From Microthyrium microscopicum (lineage: Eukaryota), in the NCBI GenBank assembly GCA_010405405.1, contig MU004237.1:224191-288190 (forward strand): a stretch of DNA of 64,000 bases. Direction: 5' to 3'. The notes beneath the pieces were generated by a model. That model had not been told where the DNA came from. It was given only the letters and a program-made list of their open reading frames with translations, and did no database searches. This document shows positions 1 to 10,089 of the stretch, in pieces; position 1 is the stretch's first letter; every line of letters starts with the position of its first letter. The translations under genes and the position numbers were made by a program.

Positions 1-227
1 ACTCCATGTGCTGTGACGGATGGGTATTATGCCAGAAGGAAAGATATGAGGCTTTAAAGATGATAACGGTTGCTGAACCTCTGTTGGATCTTGTGATATT
101 GTGGTGCAGAGCTGCTGCGGGCGTCGTGGGATCGTGCTTCCCAGGTTTGGCATATGTTATCCAGAATAGAGCATACGAGCGGCGAAATCCTTTTCTTTGG
201 TGGATAGTCGTGTATGATTTGTTTCTT

Positions 228-1307
228 TCATCCTTGATCTCGCAGTTTTGAAAGCGCAGCGAGAACTCCCTCATCCATTTCTGGCTCAGCTTGTCGCTTC
301 CGACCAGCGGCTATATTAGTCGGAAGCTGGGGTTTCGGCGCGTAAAGATCATCATCTTCAATCGCATCGTTAAGGGGAACAAACAGTGGCTCCTCCTCGA
401 CCATTTGAGGCTTTGTCTGGGCCCGGACTGGTACAACATTACGCGACGCCTCACGAGACAGTATAGCGTGGGAGGTAGTAGTGTTAGCCGAAGTAGCGAT
501 AGTAGGCGTATTTGAGCCAGTGGTTGGAGTAGCAGCAGCTAGTTTCGACTTGACTTCAAATGCAAGAACCTTCTTGGATGCCCTCTCTGACCTGAAAGGC
601 TCTCTGACAGCTCCACACCATCGTTGGACCTTCTTCTCTCCCCAGCCAGCAATGAGTGATATCTCCTCGGGTTGCGCATTGATGGCTGTTCTGATTGTTC
701 CGAAGTTGGATACCAGACCAAGGGCGTCGGTCTTATTAACGCTTCGAGGTACAGTGACGAATTCGACAAGGCGATCGGAGAAGTTGGTACTTTGATGTCC
801 TTTGATGCTGGTAAATGCGGCGTTTTCATATGTTTTGTATAGTTCCAGATATCTGCCAGCCTCTGGGGCGCTCCAGGCAAGAATTATTGTAACATTGTTG
901 ATCAGAGAAGTCTTGGAGAGCTCCTTCAAACACTCTTCGTGTGCTTCAACATCTACCATGGTCAAAAGGATGCGTAAATTGTATTTCCCCTGCAAAGCTC
1001 GTATCCGCCCATAGACATATTCAGGATGAAGTTTGTGATACTTGAGAGACAGAAACAAAGCGCAAGTTGTTGCGCCTAGGACATAGTCGGCTGGGATATC
1101 AGCATATTCCCAAGGCATGTTTCGTATGTGATTCAGGATGGGATTTCCTTTCTGTCTTGTTGACACCAGAATGGATGCTGTTGAGGGTCCATTGGCCAAG
1201 GGTTGTGGCTTCGGTTGCTGTACAGCCCGTGAATTCGATGCCATGTTGGCAGCCTCAAAGTGTTGTGAAGCGTTTGCTGATATCAGATGCGTGAACCAGT
1301 TTGACAA
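228..1307 (-). CDS. RAD10: DNA excision repair protein Rad10/ERCC1 (Swi10); first in-frame ATG at 1244, true start uncertain
   Basis: ILVSTRQKGNPILNHIRNMPWEYADIPADYVLGATTCALFLSLKYHKLHPEY is the ERCC1 central domain; C-terminal HhH-like VPRSVNKTDA...GWGEKKVQR. Confidence 0.93.
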   Translation of the reverse strand: MSNWFTHLISANASQHFEAANMASNSRAVQQPKPQPLANGPSTASILVSTRQKGNPILNHIRNMPWEYADIPADYVLGATTCALFLSLKYHKLHPEYVYGRIRALQGKYNLRILLTMVDVEAHEECLKELSKTSLINNVTIILAWSAPEAGRYLELYKTYENAAFTSIKGHQSTNFSDRLVEFVTVPRSVNKTDALGLVSNFGTIRTAINAQPEEISLIAGWGEKKVQRWCGAVREPFRSERASKKVLAFEVKSKLAAATPTTGSNTPTIATSANTTTSHAILSREASRNVVPVRAQTKPQMVEEEPLFVPLNDAIEDDDLYAPKPQLPTNIAAGRKRQAEPEMDEGVLAALSKLRDQG

Positions 1308-1816
1308 AGGTGGTGTCGCAAAACAAAGAGTCAGGTTGGTCTCGATTCCAAGTCCTTTCTGTCCGATGTACTCTTTCTTTCATCTTTCCACAATTCTGTC
1401 CTAGCCTCTCCAGCACGTCCGAGCAGCTCGATTACAAGCAAAACAGACCTGACATCAAATGGAGGCGAAAGGTTTGTAGTTGCAAAGAGACTGCTGTAAC
1501 GGGTTAGCCCGCCTTTGTTTGGCGGAGGTGGTACCGACGCTAGCGTGGCTTGACCGGGGTGTTGCGCTTGCCTGCTCTTAGCGGCTGTTCCTGCCAGACC
1601 CAGCCAACGTTGCCTTCCTCAATCTTCAACCTCAACCATCAAACACCAGTGACGGTTCACGCCAACAACCCCGCCTGTCCTTATCCTCCGTCTCCAACAT
1701 ATAATCCTGTACTGCTACAAACCAGCTACACGCCCAAACCACTCAAACAACAAATATTACCACCGTCAATCTCCACTGCGTCTTGCGACTCTTATACCCT
1801 TCGTAGCACCGTCATC

Positions 1817-2929
1817 ATGGACGCGAGCTCTGCAATCCCTAAGACGGATAATAGCCCAATGGAGGGCGTAATCGACGACTCAAACAGCGCCCCACTCGAA
1901 AATAACGTACACGACTATGTCGCTAACCTCGTCGGCGATAGAAACAAAAAGCCCGCCATAGACTTTCAAAACCCAGGCCCTCTCCTACTCTCTTGCAACC
2001 GACCACCCATACGACCGACTCTCCATCCATCTCAAAACTTCATCGAGCTCTTAGGACTCTCAGAACTGGAAAAGAAATTCCGGCGCACCGATCCTGACAC
2101 TGGCGAAAAGTTGGTCAAGCTTCGCAAGTCGTATGAAGGAAAGATAAAAGAACTGAAGATTGGCGGACGCAACAAGGCTCCTGAAGCCCCAGAACAATTC
2201 AAAAGAATGCTCGAAATACCCGAAGAACACTACGTTAGCATGCATGTGCGCGGACAAGAACCTGAGGATATCGTCGGTACTCCGGAATGGGAACAAAAAC
2301 TGAATAGAGCTTTGCAGATGCTTCCTGGAAAGCTACCAACCAAGGAAGATACATTCTACAAGAACCTCATCTCACTGGAAGAGACCGCTGTCCCAACCAA
2401 GATCAACAAATCTGCGCCAATCAGCTTCGACGCAAATCGAAAGGCCAATTCAGGCAAACAAATCAGCCAAGCAGAGTCTAAACTACAACGACCTGAACGC
2501 CATGGAGCAAAGCGAAACTACGATGATGCCAGCTATGTTGGCTATGGCGATGGAGGAGAAGATGATGGGACTGGAGATGAGCGGAAACTAGGGCGAAAGA
2601 AGCAAAAATTGAACTTCTCAGGTAAGGTCATCCCACAAAAGCGCAAATGAGCAATCCATCACACCTGATGGCTAGCTTCGTATTATGCGCGATAATTTCG
2701 ATTGTTTTCATTGTTTCGATTGTTGTATTATTCATTTGCGAGATACTGCCATCTCATTTGATGGCTCTCGTAGTTTATGTTTTGTCCTTCTTAGCGTGAA
2801 CAATTGTTCTTGGTCCTTTAGCAATAGCTCCTACAACAGAAAGCGCAATATGCAATCGCGATCTCGAGCTAACGAATTTCAGGTAATTCTGTACCCAGCG
2901 CAGGAGGATTTTCTCGGAATCGCGGATAG
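1817..2929 (+). CDS. MED19: Mediator subunit Med19/Rox3; probable intron 2622-2882 and a short last exon (unspliced ORF stops at 2650)
   Basis: HPSQNFIELLGL...RTDPDTGEKLVKLRKSYEGKIKELKIGGRNK resembles fungal Med19; GTAAGG donor at 2622, CTAAC branch near 2870, CAG acceptor at 2882. Confidence 0.8.
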
Positions 2930-3817
2930 AATCCGACGAGTTCTGAAGATGACGCCCTCAACAACGAAACCCAAATACTGGCAGATATATATCAAAAGCC
3001 AACACCACAGCCTTCTCTAGAGCCAACTCTTGAGCCCATTCTCGATCCAGCCACAGAAGAGTCCCGAGACAACATACCAGGCCAAGTCCGCGGCGGTCCC
3101 GCAACCGACCCCAAAGACAGCCCGGTTACCAAGAAGCTTGCAAAAGCAAAAGAGCCTGCGATCCGTAAGCCTCGAGCGCCAGCCAGAGCCAAACCGGCAT
3201 CTGCTATAAAAACCTCGAAGAAGCGCAAAGCGTCAGATGGTGCTGCCGATAGCTTGGATGAGAGCCATACAGCCTCTTCGCCAACAATGGACAAGACGAT
3301 ATCTGCGATACACCCATCTGAAAAGCCAAAAGTAACATTCAACGTTCTTGAAAGCTCAGAAACCGCTGACGCGCACTTCAACCTGGCTTCGCCCGCCATG
3401 AAGCCAAAGGCGTCGACCCAAAAGCCCAAGAAGGGAGCTCTGAGTAGCAGCATCTCTCCGGGCCCTACACATCATACCTCTATGCCACCACTCTCTACGT
3501 CTCAAGGATCGCCTGGTGCAGCTTCTTCTAAAAAGCGTAAGATATCAGATACCGGTATCGATCCGGTAACTTCTACAGACCAAGAACATCAAGTATCTTC
3601 GCCTACTATGTCCAAGGATCCACCTACTGCAGGTGCGTCTAGAAAGCGGAAGCCGTCAGACACTGGTGACGAATCGGCTGCCTCTACAGCCAAAAAGCAG
3701 AAGGTAGTATCGTCGTCTCATATCAAGTCGGCTACGGCCGCAAAACGGGTGCAGAAGCGCCCGAAACCAACAGCACTTGAGAAGGTGCTGAAGACCAAGA
3801 CAAAGCGTGGCAAATGA
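2930..3817 (+). CDS. Lys/Ser/Pro-rich low-complexity open frame with three KRK.SD (NLS-like) repeats; start unresolved
   Basis: The frame of the 3254-3817 ORF stays open back to 2930; repeats SKKRKASDG, SKKRKISDTG, SRKRKPSDTG. Confidence 0.5.
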   Translation, partial: NPTSSEDDALNNETQILADIYQKPTPQPSLEPTLEPILDPATEESRDNIPGQVRGGPATDPKDSPVTKKLAKAKEPAIRKPRAPARAKPASAIKTSKKRKASDGAADSLDESHTASSPTMDKTISAIHPSEKPKVTFNVLESSETADAHFNLASPAMKPKASTQKPKKGALSSSISPGPTHHTSMPPLSTSQGSPGAASSKKRKISDTGIDPVTSTDQEHQVSSPTMSKDPPTAGASRKRKPSDTGDESAASTAKKQKVVSSSHIKSATAAKRVQKRPKPTALEKVLKTKTKRGK

Positions 3818-4180
3818 GCTGTTGTCTTGTAGCAGAGTCAAACAATGTTCATAATAGATGGCGTGCCCCTATCGACTTCTCTGGCTTCCATCCACCACGG
3901 CATGGTACCAATTACTTCATTTCCCATCGAGTATTCAGAAGATGTTGTGGACTATCGAATGCGATGGGAATTACTGAGTACGCTCTCTTCAACATGCGGC
4001 GATGGGGACTCACCGTATGTTTCGCTACCCAGTTACAGAGTATTGTTAATACTACTTCTTGTACATATAGAGCGCCAGTTGAAATGAACAGTATAAACAT
4101 TGTGATATATGCATAATCCTCTCTATAAACAGGTCGCCAATGCAAAACGCCTTCAACGCTCCTATAGCAGTGTGTCCCAA

Positions 4181-4933
4181 TTACTTCGTGATAACAATCA
4201 ACATTACTAAAATCAAGATAAGCCCCAAGATCACCCACATGCTCCAATTCTCCCTCGCCCTCTGCGCCACCCGTCCCAGCCGCCTTGCTGCTCCGTCTAG
4301 CTGTCCTTGGTGTCTGTCCACTGCGCCGTCCACGTCTTCCAATAGCAGTACATGGTCGTCCAGTTCATTGCCGATCGCAATGGTGAGTTCGCGCTGCCGC
4401 CCAATACTACTACCCAAATTCTCGAGTTGACTATCCTGTTCGGCCAACACATTCTTATGATATGCATGTATCTGCTCATTGCTCAAGCCAGTCTGATCCA
4501 CCCCCTCATCCTCACTCTCATCTCTATACGGCGCCTGACTACCCCCCGCGCCATCCTCATCCTCGTCCGTAAACCTCACACTCTTCCCGCCCACATGCTG
4601 CGCTGCCCTGAAATCCTCATCTAACGCGCTATCGTTCGCTTTTCCTAGCACTTTACTCGACGACCCAGCATCGTTGTAGCTAGATTTCGCATTCCCAGTA
4701 AACTGCGCATTGAGCGCAGCATATTGTTCCCGCAAGGACGATAGTGTCGCTGCATCTACAGAGCCTGCGCGCACAAGGGCGGATATGCCGGCGTCGAGGG
4801 TGTCGAGGGAGCGGCTGATGGAGGGGTCTGTCGAAGAGGGAAGGGAGAGGGCGAGAGCGCGGCGGCGTTCGAGGAGGGAGAGTTTTATGTGGTCTGCTAG
4901 GAGGAGGAGTTGGCTTGGTGATGTTGTTGCCAT
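4181..4933 (-). CDS. SYN8: Syntaxin-8-like Qc SNARE
   Basis: SQLLLLADHIKLSLLERRRA N-terminus; SNARE coil EQDSQLENLGSSIGRQRELTIAIGNELDDHVLLLEDVD; C-terminal transmembrane helix. Confidence 0.9.
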   Translation of the reverse strand: MATTSPSQLLLLADHIKLSLLERRRALALSLPSSTDPSISRSLDTLDAGISALVRAGSVDAATLSSLREQYAALNAQFTGNAKSSYNDAGSSSKVLGKANDSALDEDFRAAQHVGGKSVRFTDEDEDGAGGSQAPYRDESEDEGVDQTGLSNEQIHAYHKNVLAEQDSQLENLGSSIGRQRELTIAIGNELDDHVLLLEDVDGAVDRHQGQLDGAARRLGRVAQRARENWSMWVILGLILILVMLIVITK

Positions 4934-5845
4934 TGTGTTGTATGGTGTGGTTGTGGTTGTTGATGTTGTGCTGATATGGATTGGTGGTTGAGATGGGGGC
5001 CTAGGAGGGGGGAGGCGCATGCGTTGGGGAGTCGGACGAGAAGGTGCTGTGTGCTGGGGGATTGATTGCTGGTGGTTGAGTTCTGGAGATCGTGAGGTAG
5101 TAGTTGTCGTCTGGGTAGGAAGATGTGAGGCTTGTGGAGGCTGCTGATATGGTGTGGATGATGTAGTTGAAAGGAACTTGGCGGTTGGCTTGGGTTGGTT
5201 CTGAGACGTCGAATGAATGAGGCCTGAGGCGCCAAGGCAAGAATTTTAACATCGTGAACATCAACAATCGCTTGAACATTAAAGATAGGAGATCCTGACA
5301 CGAATCAGTGCTTCGAACTCCGATTGGTTTTTTGTCATGCTCAAGATCTTAAGAGCCATCCCCTGGTCCAACGCCTTGGTCTGAATTATTGGAGGAATGC
5401 CGCCATCCGTGGCCCCAGTCCCATGTGTAATCATTAATCAACTATCATGCTCTACCATCACTCAATCCTTATGGCTGTTTGAAGCATCTACAAATGTGAG
5501 TTCTTGCTCGCAGTCAATGGCTTAGTCGTAGAAGGCTCAATATTTCTAGGCAAGCAAAGTCGTACTAAACGAGTGTAATATGTACTACTTAGGAAGAGTA
5601 AATACATGAAAAAACAAACTGAACTGCGAAGACAAACGAAACCAGGCGTACAGAGCCCTGGTTTTAAATCCAAATCTATCGTTGTAACTCATGTTGCATT
5701 TTTGCCATCAATAGGAATTCCCGAACACTTCCTATCGATCACCGTTTTGTAGTGCTCAGCATGCCCACTGACAGCTGATCGAGGTGACCAACAACCTTGT
5801 AGCCATGCTCTTCAATGGAAACCAGCGGTAGGCTTCATTTCGAGC

Positions 5846-6196
5846 TTACAACTTTGGTCCTTTTGGTGGGTCTGGGACGGTCTTATAGCCAGGAGAGGTA
5901 TTGAGTGGGATCCAGCGGTTGGCACCAGCCTCACTGCGAGCCTTCACCTTTGGTCCCTTTGGTGGGTCTGGGACAACCTTATAGCCAGGAGAAGTGTTGA
6001 GTGGGATCCAGCGGTTGGCACCAGCCTCACTGCGAGCCTTCACCTTTGGTCCCTTTGGTGGGTCTGGGACAACCTTATAGCCAGGAGAGGTGTTTAGTGG
6101 GATCCAGCGGTTGGCGGCCTCGACGCTCTGCTCAGCAGGAGCTGGGTTGGCAAACGCAACTCCACCGAGAAATGCGACAATAGTGATGAGTTGCAT
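5846..6196 (-). CDS. Putative RiPP precursor peptide (signal peptide plus three repeats carrying WIPLNTSPGY)
   Basis: 116 aa; hydrophobic signal MQLITIVAFLGGVAFA; 32-aa (96-nt) period repeat ANRWIPLNTSPGYK(V/T)VPDPPKGPK..; adjacent to two DUF3328 genes. Confidence 0.9.
   Translation of the reverse strand: MQLITIVAFLGGVAFANPAPAEQSVEAANRWIPLNTSPGYKVVPDPPKGPKVKARSEAGANRWIPLNTSPGYKVVPDPPKGPKVKARSEAGANRWIPLNTSPGYKTVPDPPKGPKL
5852..6116. repeat. 96-nt coding tandem repeat, about 2.75 copies
   Basis: gggatccagcggttggc recurs at 5907, 6003 and 6099. Confidence 0.95.
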
Positions 6197-6362
6197 GATT
6201 GTAGAGGTTTTGGAACGGTTTAAGTAATGTTTCGTACGGATTGATGATCTTGAAGATGAGCGATGATGTGGATAATTGAAGATGTGGACAAGTGATGATG
6301 TGGATGAGTGGTGATGTGGATGAGTGGTGATGAGGACGAAATGGAGTGCGATATCTTCAGTA

Positions 6363-6368
6363 TTTATA
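6363..6368 (-). promoter_or_regulatory. Candidate TATA box of the precursor gene
   Basis: Minus-strand TGTATAAATA about 170 nt upstream of the ATG at 6196, followed by a CATC-rich leader. Confidence 0.5.
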
Positions 6369-7085
6369 CAGAACTTTCAAAGCCATGAGGCTTGAATCTA
6401 AACAGCCTCTTGAATCCATATCATCACAACTTTTCCGGTTCAGACAAGTGAAGGATCCTATGACTTCCGGCATATTCACACTCTCTGCCTGGTAAAGCCC
6501 TCAACGCAAAGGTTCGTGCGAAGGGAAGCCTTCGAAACCATGATCCAGCTGGATCATCCCACAAACAATGCAATAAATTGTGTAATCCAACCCAAGTTTT
6601 GAAGTTGTATACCTGCTCCTAAAACATGGGATTGCCTCCGTCTATCAATTTTCTGGAGTAAGTTGACAATCCTACAAGCGCCTTACCATTTAGCGTTGTT
6701 TCGGATTTATATTGCAAAGTAGATCTATTATGTACAACCGTGGGTGTTGAGGGATGTGCTGATCGTCGAAGGAAGTCGGGAGGAGGATCCTCCCAATATC
6801 TACATTATCCGCAATCCTCCCTTCTGTGAACCAACTCTATTTTAACAAGGATCAGACAAATTTAGAACATGGCTGCTTACACAGCTCGGCCGCTGGCACG
6901 ACTATCAAAAAGATCCCATAAAACTTCGCCTGCTTTGATATATCACAGTGACATTCTAGAAGCTTGTTTGTTCTATTAGAATCACTCATCATTTGAAGTA
7001 AGACACCTGAGTATTTTCAAATTTCAATACAAAAAGCTCGAGTTGTTGGCAAATAAATTAGTCTATTTTGAGAACAAAAACAAGG

Positions 7086-7984
7086 ATGTCCCAGGACAAG
7101 TCAACAGCACGAGTATTGAGACAACTCTACTTTCCAATACAGTCGCAGCAACAACGACCCCCAACAGCTCAAGACCAAAACAGCCAAGGGGAATTCGAGG
7201 AAGGCGGGTTTTCGTACTACTCTAACTCTCAATCACGCAAGAAATGGCACTACAGAGGCATCATTTTACTTCTCAATTCGGCAATCTTGGTATTGGTAAC
7301 TCTTATCTATGTCCGACCTATCCAGGACATGAGAAGTAATGATGTATCGATACCGAACACGCTTCCTAATGGTATTTGGCTGCTTGCAATTCTGCAGAAC
7401 TATCGAATGCTGACAACCTTAAACAGTGCCCTTTGAGCCCAAAAAGTTCGACTACGACAAAAAGTATATGGGCTGGCCAACTGTGGCCCGAAACAAAGCC
7501 TGGATGTCTTTACAAGGACGTAAGTTTTATACACAGGAACGAATGGAGACAGACAGTCTACTGACAAAAAGTCACAGCGCCTGATCAGCATCCAACCTTT
7601 GTAACTTTCAACAAGAAATCATACCAAATTACGATGTACCACCAGCTCCACTGTTTAGCAATGGTGCGGAAAATGCTGTGGGACGTTGTCCTTGGAAATG
7701 AGGATGCAAAGCAGCTTCTAGGTGGCAGCATTCCAGACATGACTTCAGAAGACACTCTGGGTAATTACAACACTACAGTTCATTGGCGGCTGCAGCACGC
7801 CGACCACTGCCTCGATTTTATACGACAAGGCCTCCAGTGTAATGGCGATGTTGGTCTTGAGCCCGCGATAATGGGCGAAAACAATATCATTGCCGGGGTA
7901 ATGTTTGGAACTATTTCACACCAATGTCGCAGCTGGGACTACGTCAGGAAGTTTGCGGAGGACCATAGACCTGCACCAAGTTAG
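7086..7984 (+). CDS. DUF3328/UstYa-family oxidase (exons 7086-7371, 7427-7519, 7578-7984)
   Basis: N-terminal TM helix; spliced frame gives ..ARNKAWMSL..; two HxxHC motifs YHQLHCL and HADHCLDFIRQGLQCNGDVGLEP; C-terminal HQCRSWD; canonical GT-AG introns restore the frame. Confidence 0.93.
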
Positions 7985-8235
7985 TAAGGACATTATGTTT
8001 CCACAGCCTTTTCATACAGGTGTGCTCATTTGCGTGATCCGCAGCCTATTGAGACCGAATGGTGGGCTTTTACTTCCACAACCGCGCTGAATCGCAAAGA
8101 CATAAGCAGCAGCGGTAGTCAAAAGGCTGAAAGCGATCAGGACGGTGGGAAATTACCCAAGAAGCATGTCTCCTTGAACACGTTTGATATGAACCATGTA
8201 TATCATGTACACACAACAAGATGCCTGATCATCTT

Positions 8236-8864
8236 TTATGTAGGCTTTATGTAAATGAAATAAAGAGTCGAATCTGACGGAGCAGGGTTTGATCCTGCAC
8301 CGCTAATCGCTTCCATCTCTTCCTCCTCTGACGGCTCTGAAGTTGTCGGTGGTCCAGGATATGGCTTTGGTGCATCGTGAACGAAGCCACACTTCTCTAA
8401 TACCTTTCGACTAGCATGGTTCTCTGCCGAGAGAAGAGTTTGAATACAGAGACGTTTGGGTTGCAATTTGAAGAAAGCCACCAAAAAGGCTGCCAACGCT
8501 TCAGTTGCATATCCTCGGTTCCAAAATTTGGGATCTATCATGTAATGCACCTTATCCCAGCGATTTACACCAACGATGCCAATAATCGTGGTCTCTTCTT
8601 TTTGCAATATCGTGTACATTATGCTACGAGGTCCATTTCGGATCTCTTGGATCCATTCTTCCGTTTCTGAAATAGACTTCCACGGGCCAGTCCATCTAGC
8701 TCAATCAGCGTCCTGGTGCTCAGAAGTCAACCTCTGAAACGTGTTGCTTAAACTCACATGTGTCGGTAAACTTCTTCTTGGGACCTAATAGCGTGAAGCT
8801 CTGGGGCATCAGTTACCGCGATCGGACGAAGAATCAGTCGGCTGGTATAGATTTCATTAGCCAT
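8236..8864 (-). CDS. GNAT N-acetyltransferase, RimJ/RimL type (exons 8864-8758, 8695-8236)
   Basis: MANEIYTSRLILRPI N-terminus; acetyl-CoA-binding motif FWNRGYATEAL; N..SRKVLEKCGF. Confidence 0.88.
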
Positions 8865-9252
8865 GGCTTCCACACTGAGTATCGTTTCCAGACAGCAATG
8901 CTGCTCAACGATGATGAGAGTCTCTAGCCACCTCAGTGTACAGTACGTGGTGCTCCCGTAGCGAGATACCTTTATCGTTATGCAGTAGTTGGCTAAGTCT
9001 GGGCCGAGGGTGATTCTAGTGGTAGCCGACGAGCCGTACCGTCGCTACCGGGAATGGATCTGCCAGATGCATGCAATAAACATAAGTCCCCTGCTTTAAA
9101 GCATATTCCTGCAGATCCAGCCGGATTCAACGGGCCAGGCCTGTGTGCCTGCTCAACTCACCACAAGCCATCGCTCAATGTCAGTGCCAAATGCTTCATA
9201 CCATGTATCTTAGTTGCGCAAGTCAATATCTTGAACACGAGAAACTCTTATT

Positions 9253-10089
9253 CTAACCGCTTGTTCGGTATTTATCTATGCTCATTCTGTTCTTGCTCGC
9301 CCAACGAACCACAGCATCGTAGTCTCTACATGTCCGTTCTGAGCCCCACCCACTAGCACCGCCCAAATCAGCTCCCAAAGGCTCCATATTCGTGTCTGCC
9401 GCACACATCAAAACCTGACGCAAGTAATCGAAACAGTGGCCCATGTGGCCTTCAGCACCGTGACCTTCATGTCCTCCATGGGCCATAGGTTTGGAAGATA
9501 ACGCATTGTAGTACGCTCCATGAAGAGAATACTGTTTACCCAACATTGTTAACTACATCTGGCAAGACTACGTGGATGCTTTCAAGACTTACCAGGCAGT
9601 GAAGGCTATGGAAAACGGTCATTGCAGAAGGCTCCGGTGCGATAATTGGATGCTCCACAAAGCCACCGCCCACTTGGAATCATTAGTATTTCATGTATTA
9701 AGCGAGGATGGAGCGATACCTGGAAAGAGAGAGCTCCACGCCTTGAGACCCTCGTCCGAGGGAGCGTCCGTGAATGTGTGGTTGAAGAGTAGAACACGTT
9801 TCATGGTCCCAGGCGGTGCTTTGAGCAGTTAGCCAATATCTAGGCAATTGTAGATTTCATTTGACATACGCTGAAAGTCACGATATTTGTGAACAATGGA
9901 TCCACTGTTGACGCCAGCGAAAAAGCCGAGCAAGGCCGTAGTAATTACTAGTAGAGAAGAGAGAATCCATGGACCGTGTCTCGTTCGTCCATGTCGGTGT
10001 CGATAAACATCATCTTGACCATCAATTTCGCTTGTAAGACTGGAGTCTTCCTCCGTTTCGTGTGAAACTGGCCGATATTCACTTTTCAT
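9253..10089 (-). CDS. Second DUF3328/UstYa-family oxidase (4 exons: about 10089-9870, 9818-9721, 9672-9593, 9531-9253)
   Basis: N-terminal TM; spliced KAWSSLFPVGGGFVEHP..VFHSLHCL; second motif HMGHCFDYLRQVLMCAADTNMEP; GWGSERTCRDYD. Confidence 0.93.

Noticed and set aside
5852..6116. Regular direct repeats as a CRISPR array
   Set aside because: Contiguous in-frame 96-nt coding repeats without unique spacers, in a eukaryotic context with no cas genes
5846..6196. Alpha-factor-like pheromone precursor
   Set aside because: The repeat starts with Trp and includes PG-Y, but there are no KR sites or regular X-A/X-P dipeptide spacers and no Cys pair; the DUF3328 neighbours favour a RiPP (not fully excluded)
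6285..6335. GTGATGTGGATGA-type short repeats upstream of the precursor
   Set aside because: Simple low-complexity CATC-rich leader, common in fungal 5' UTRs
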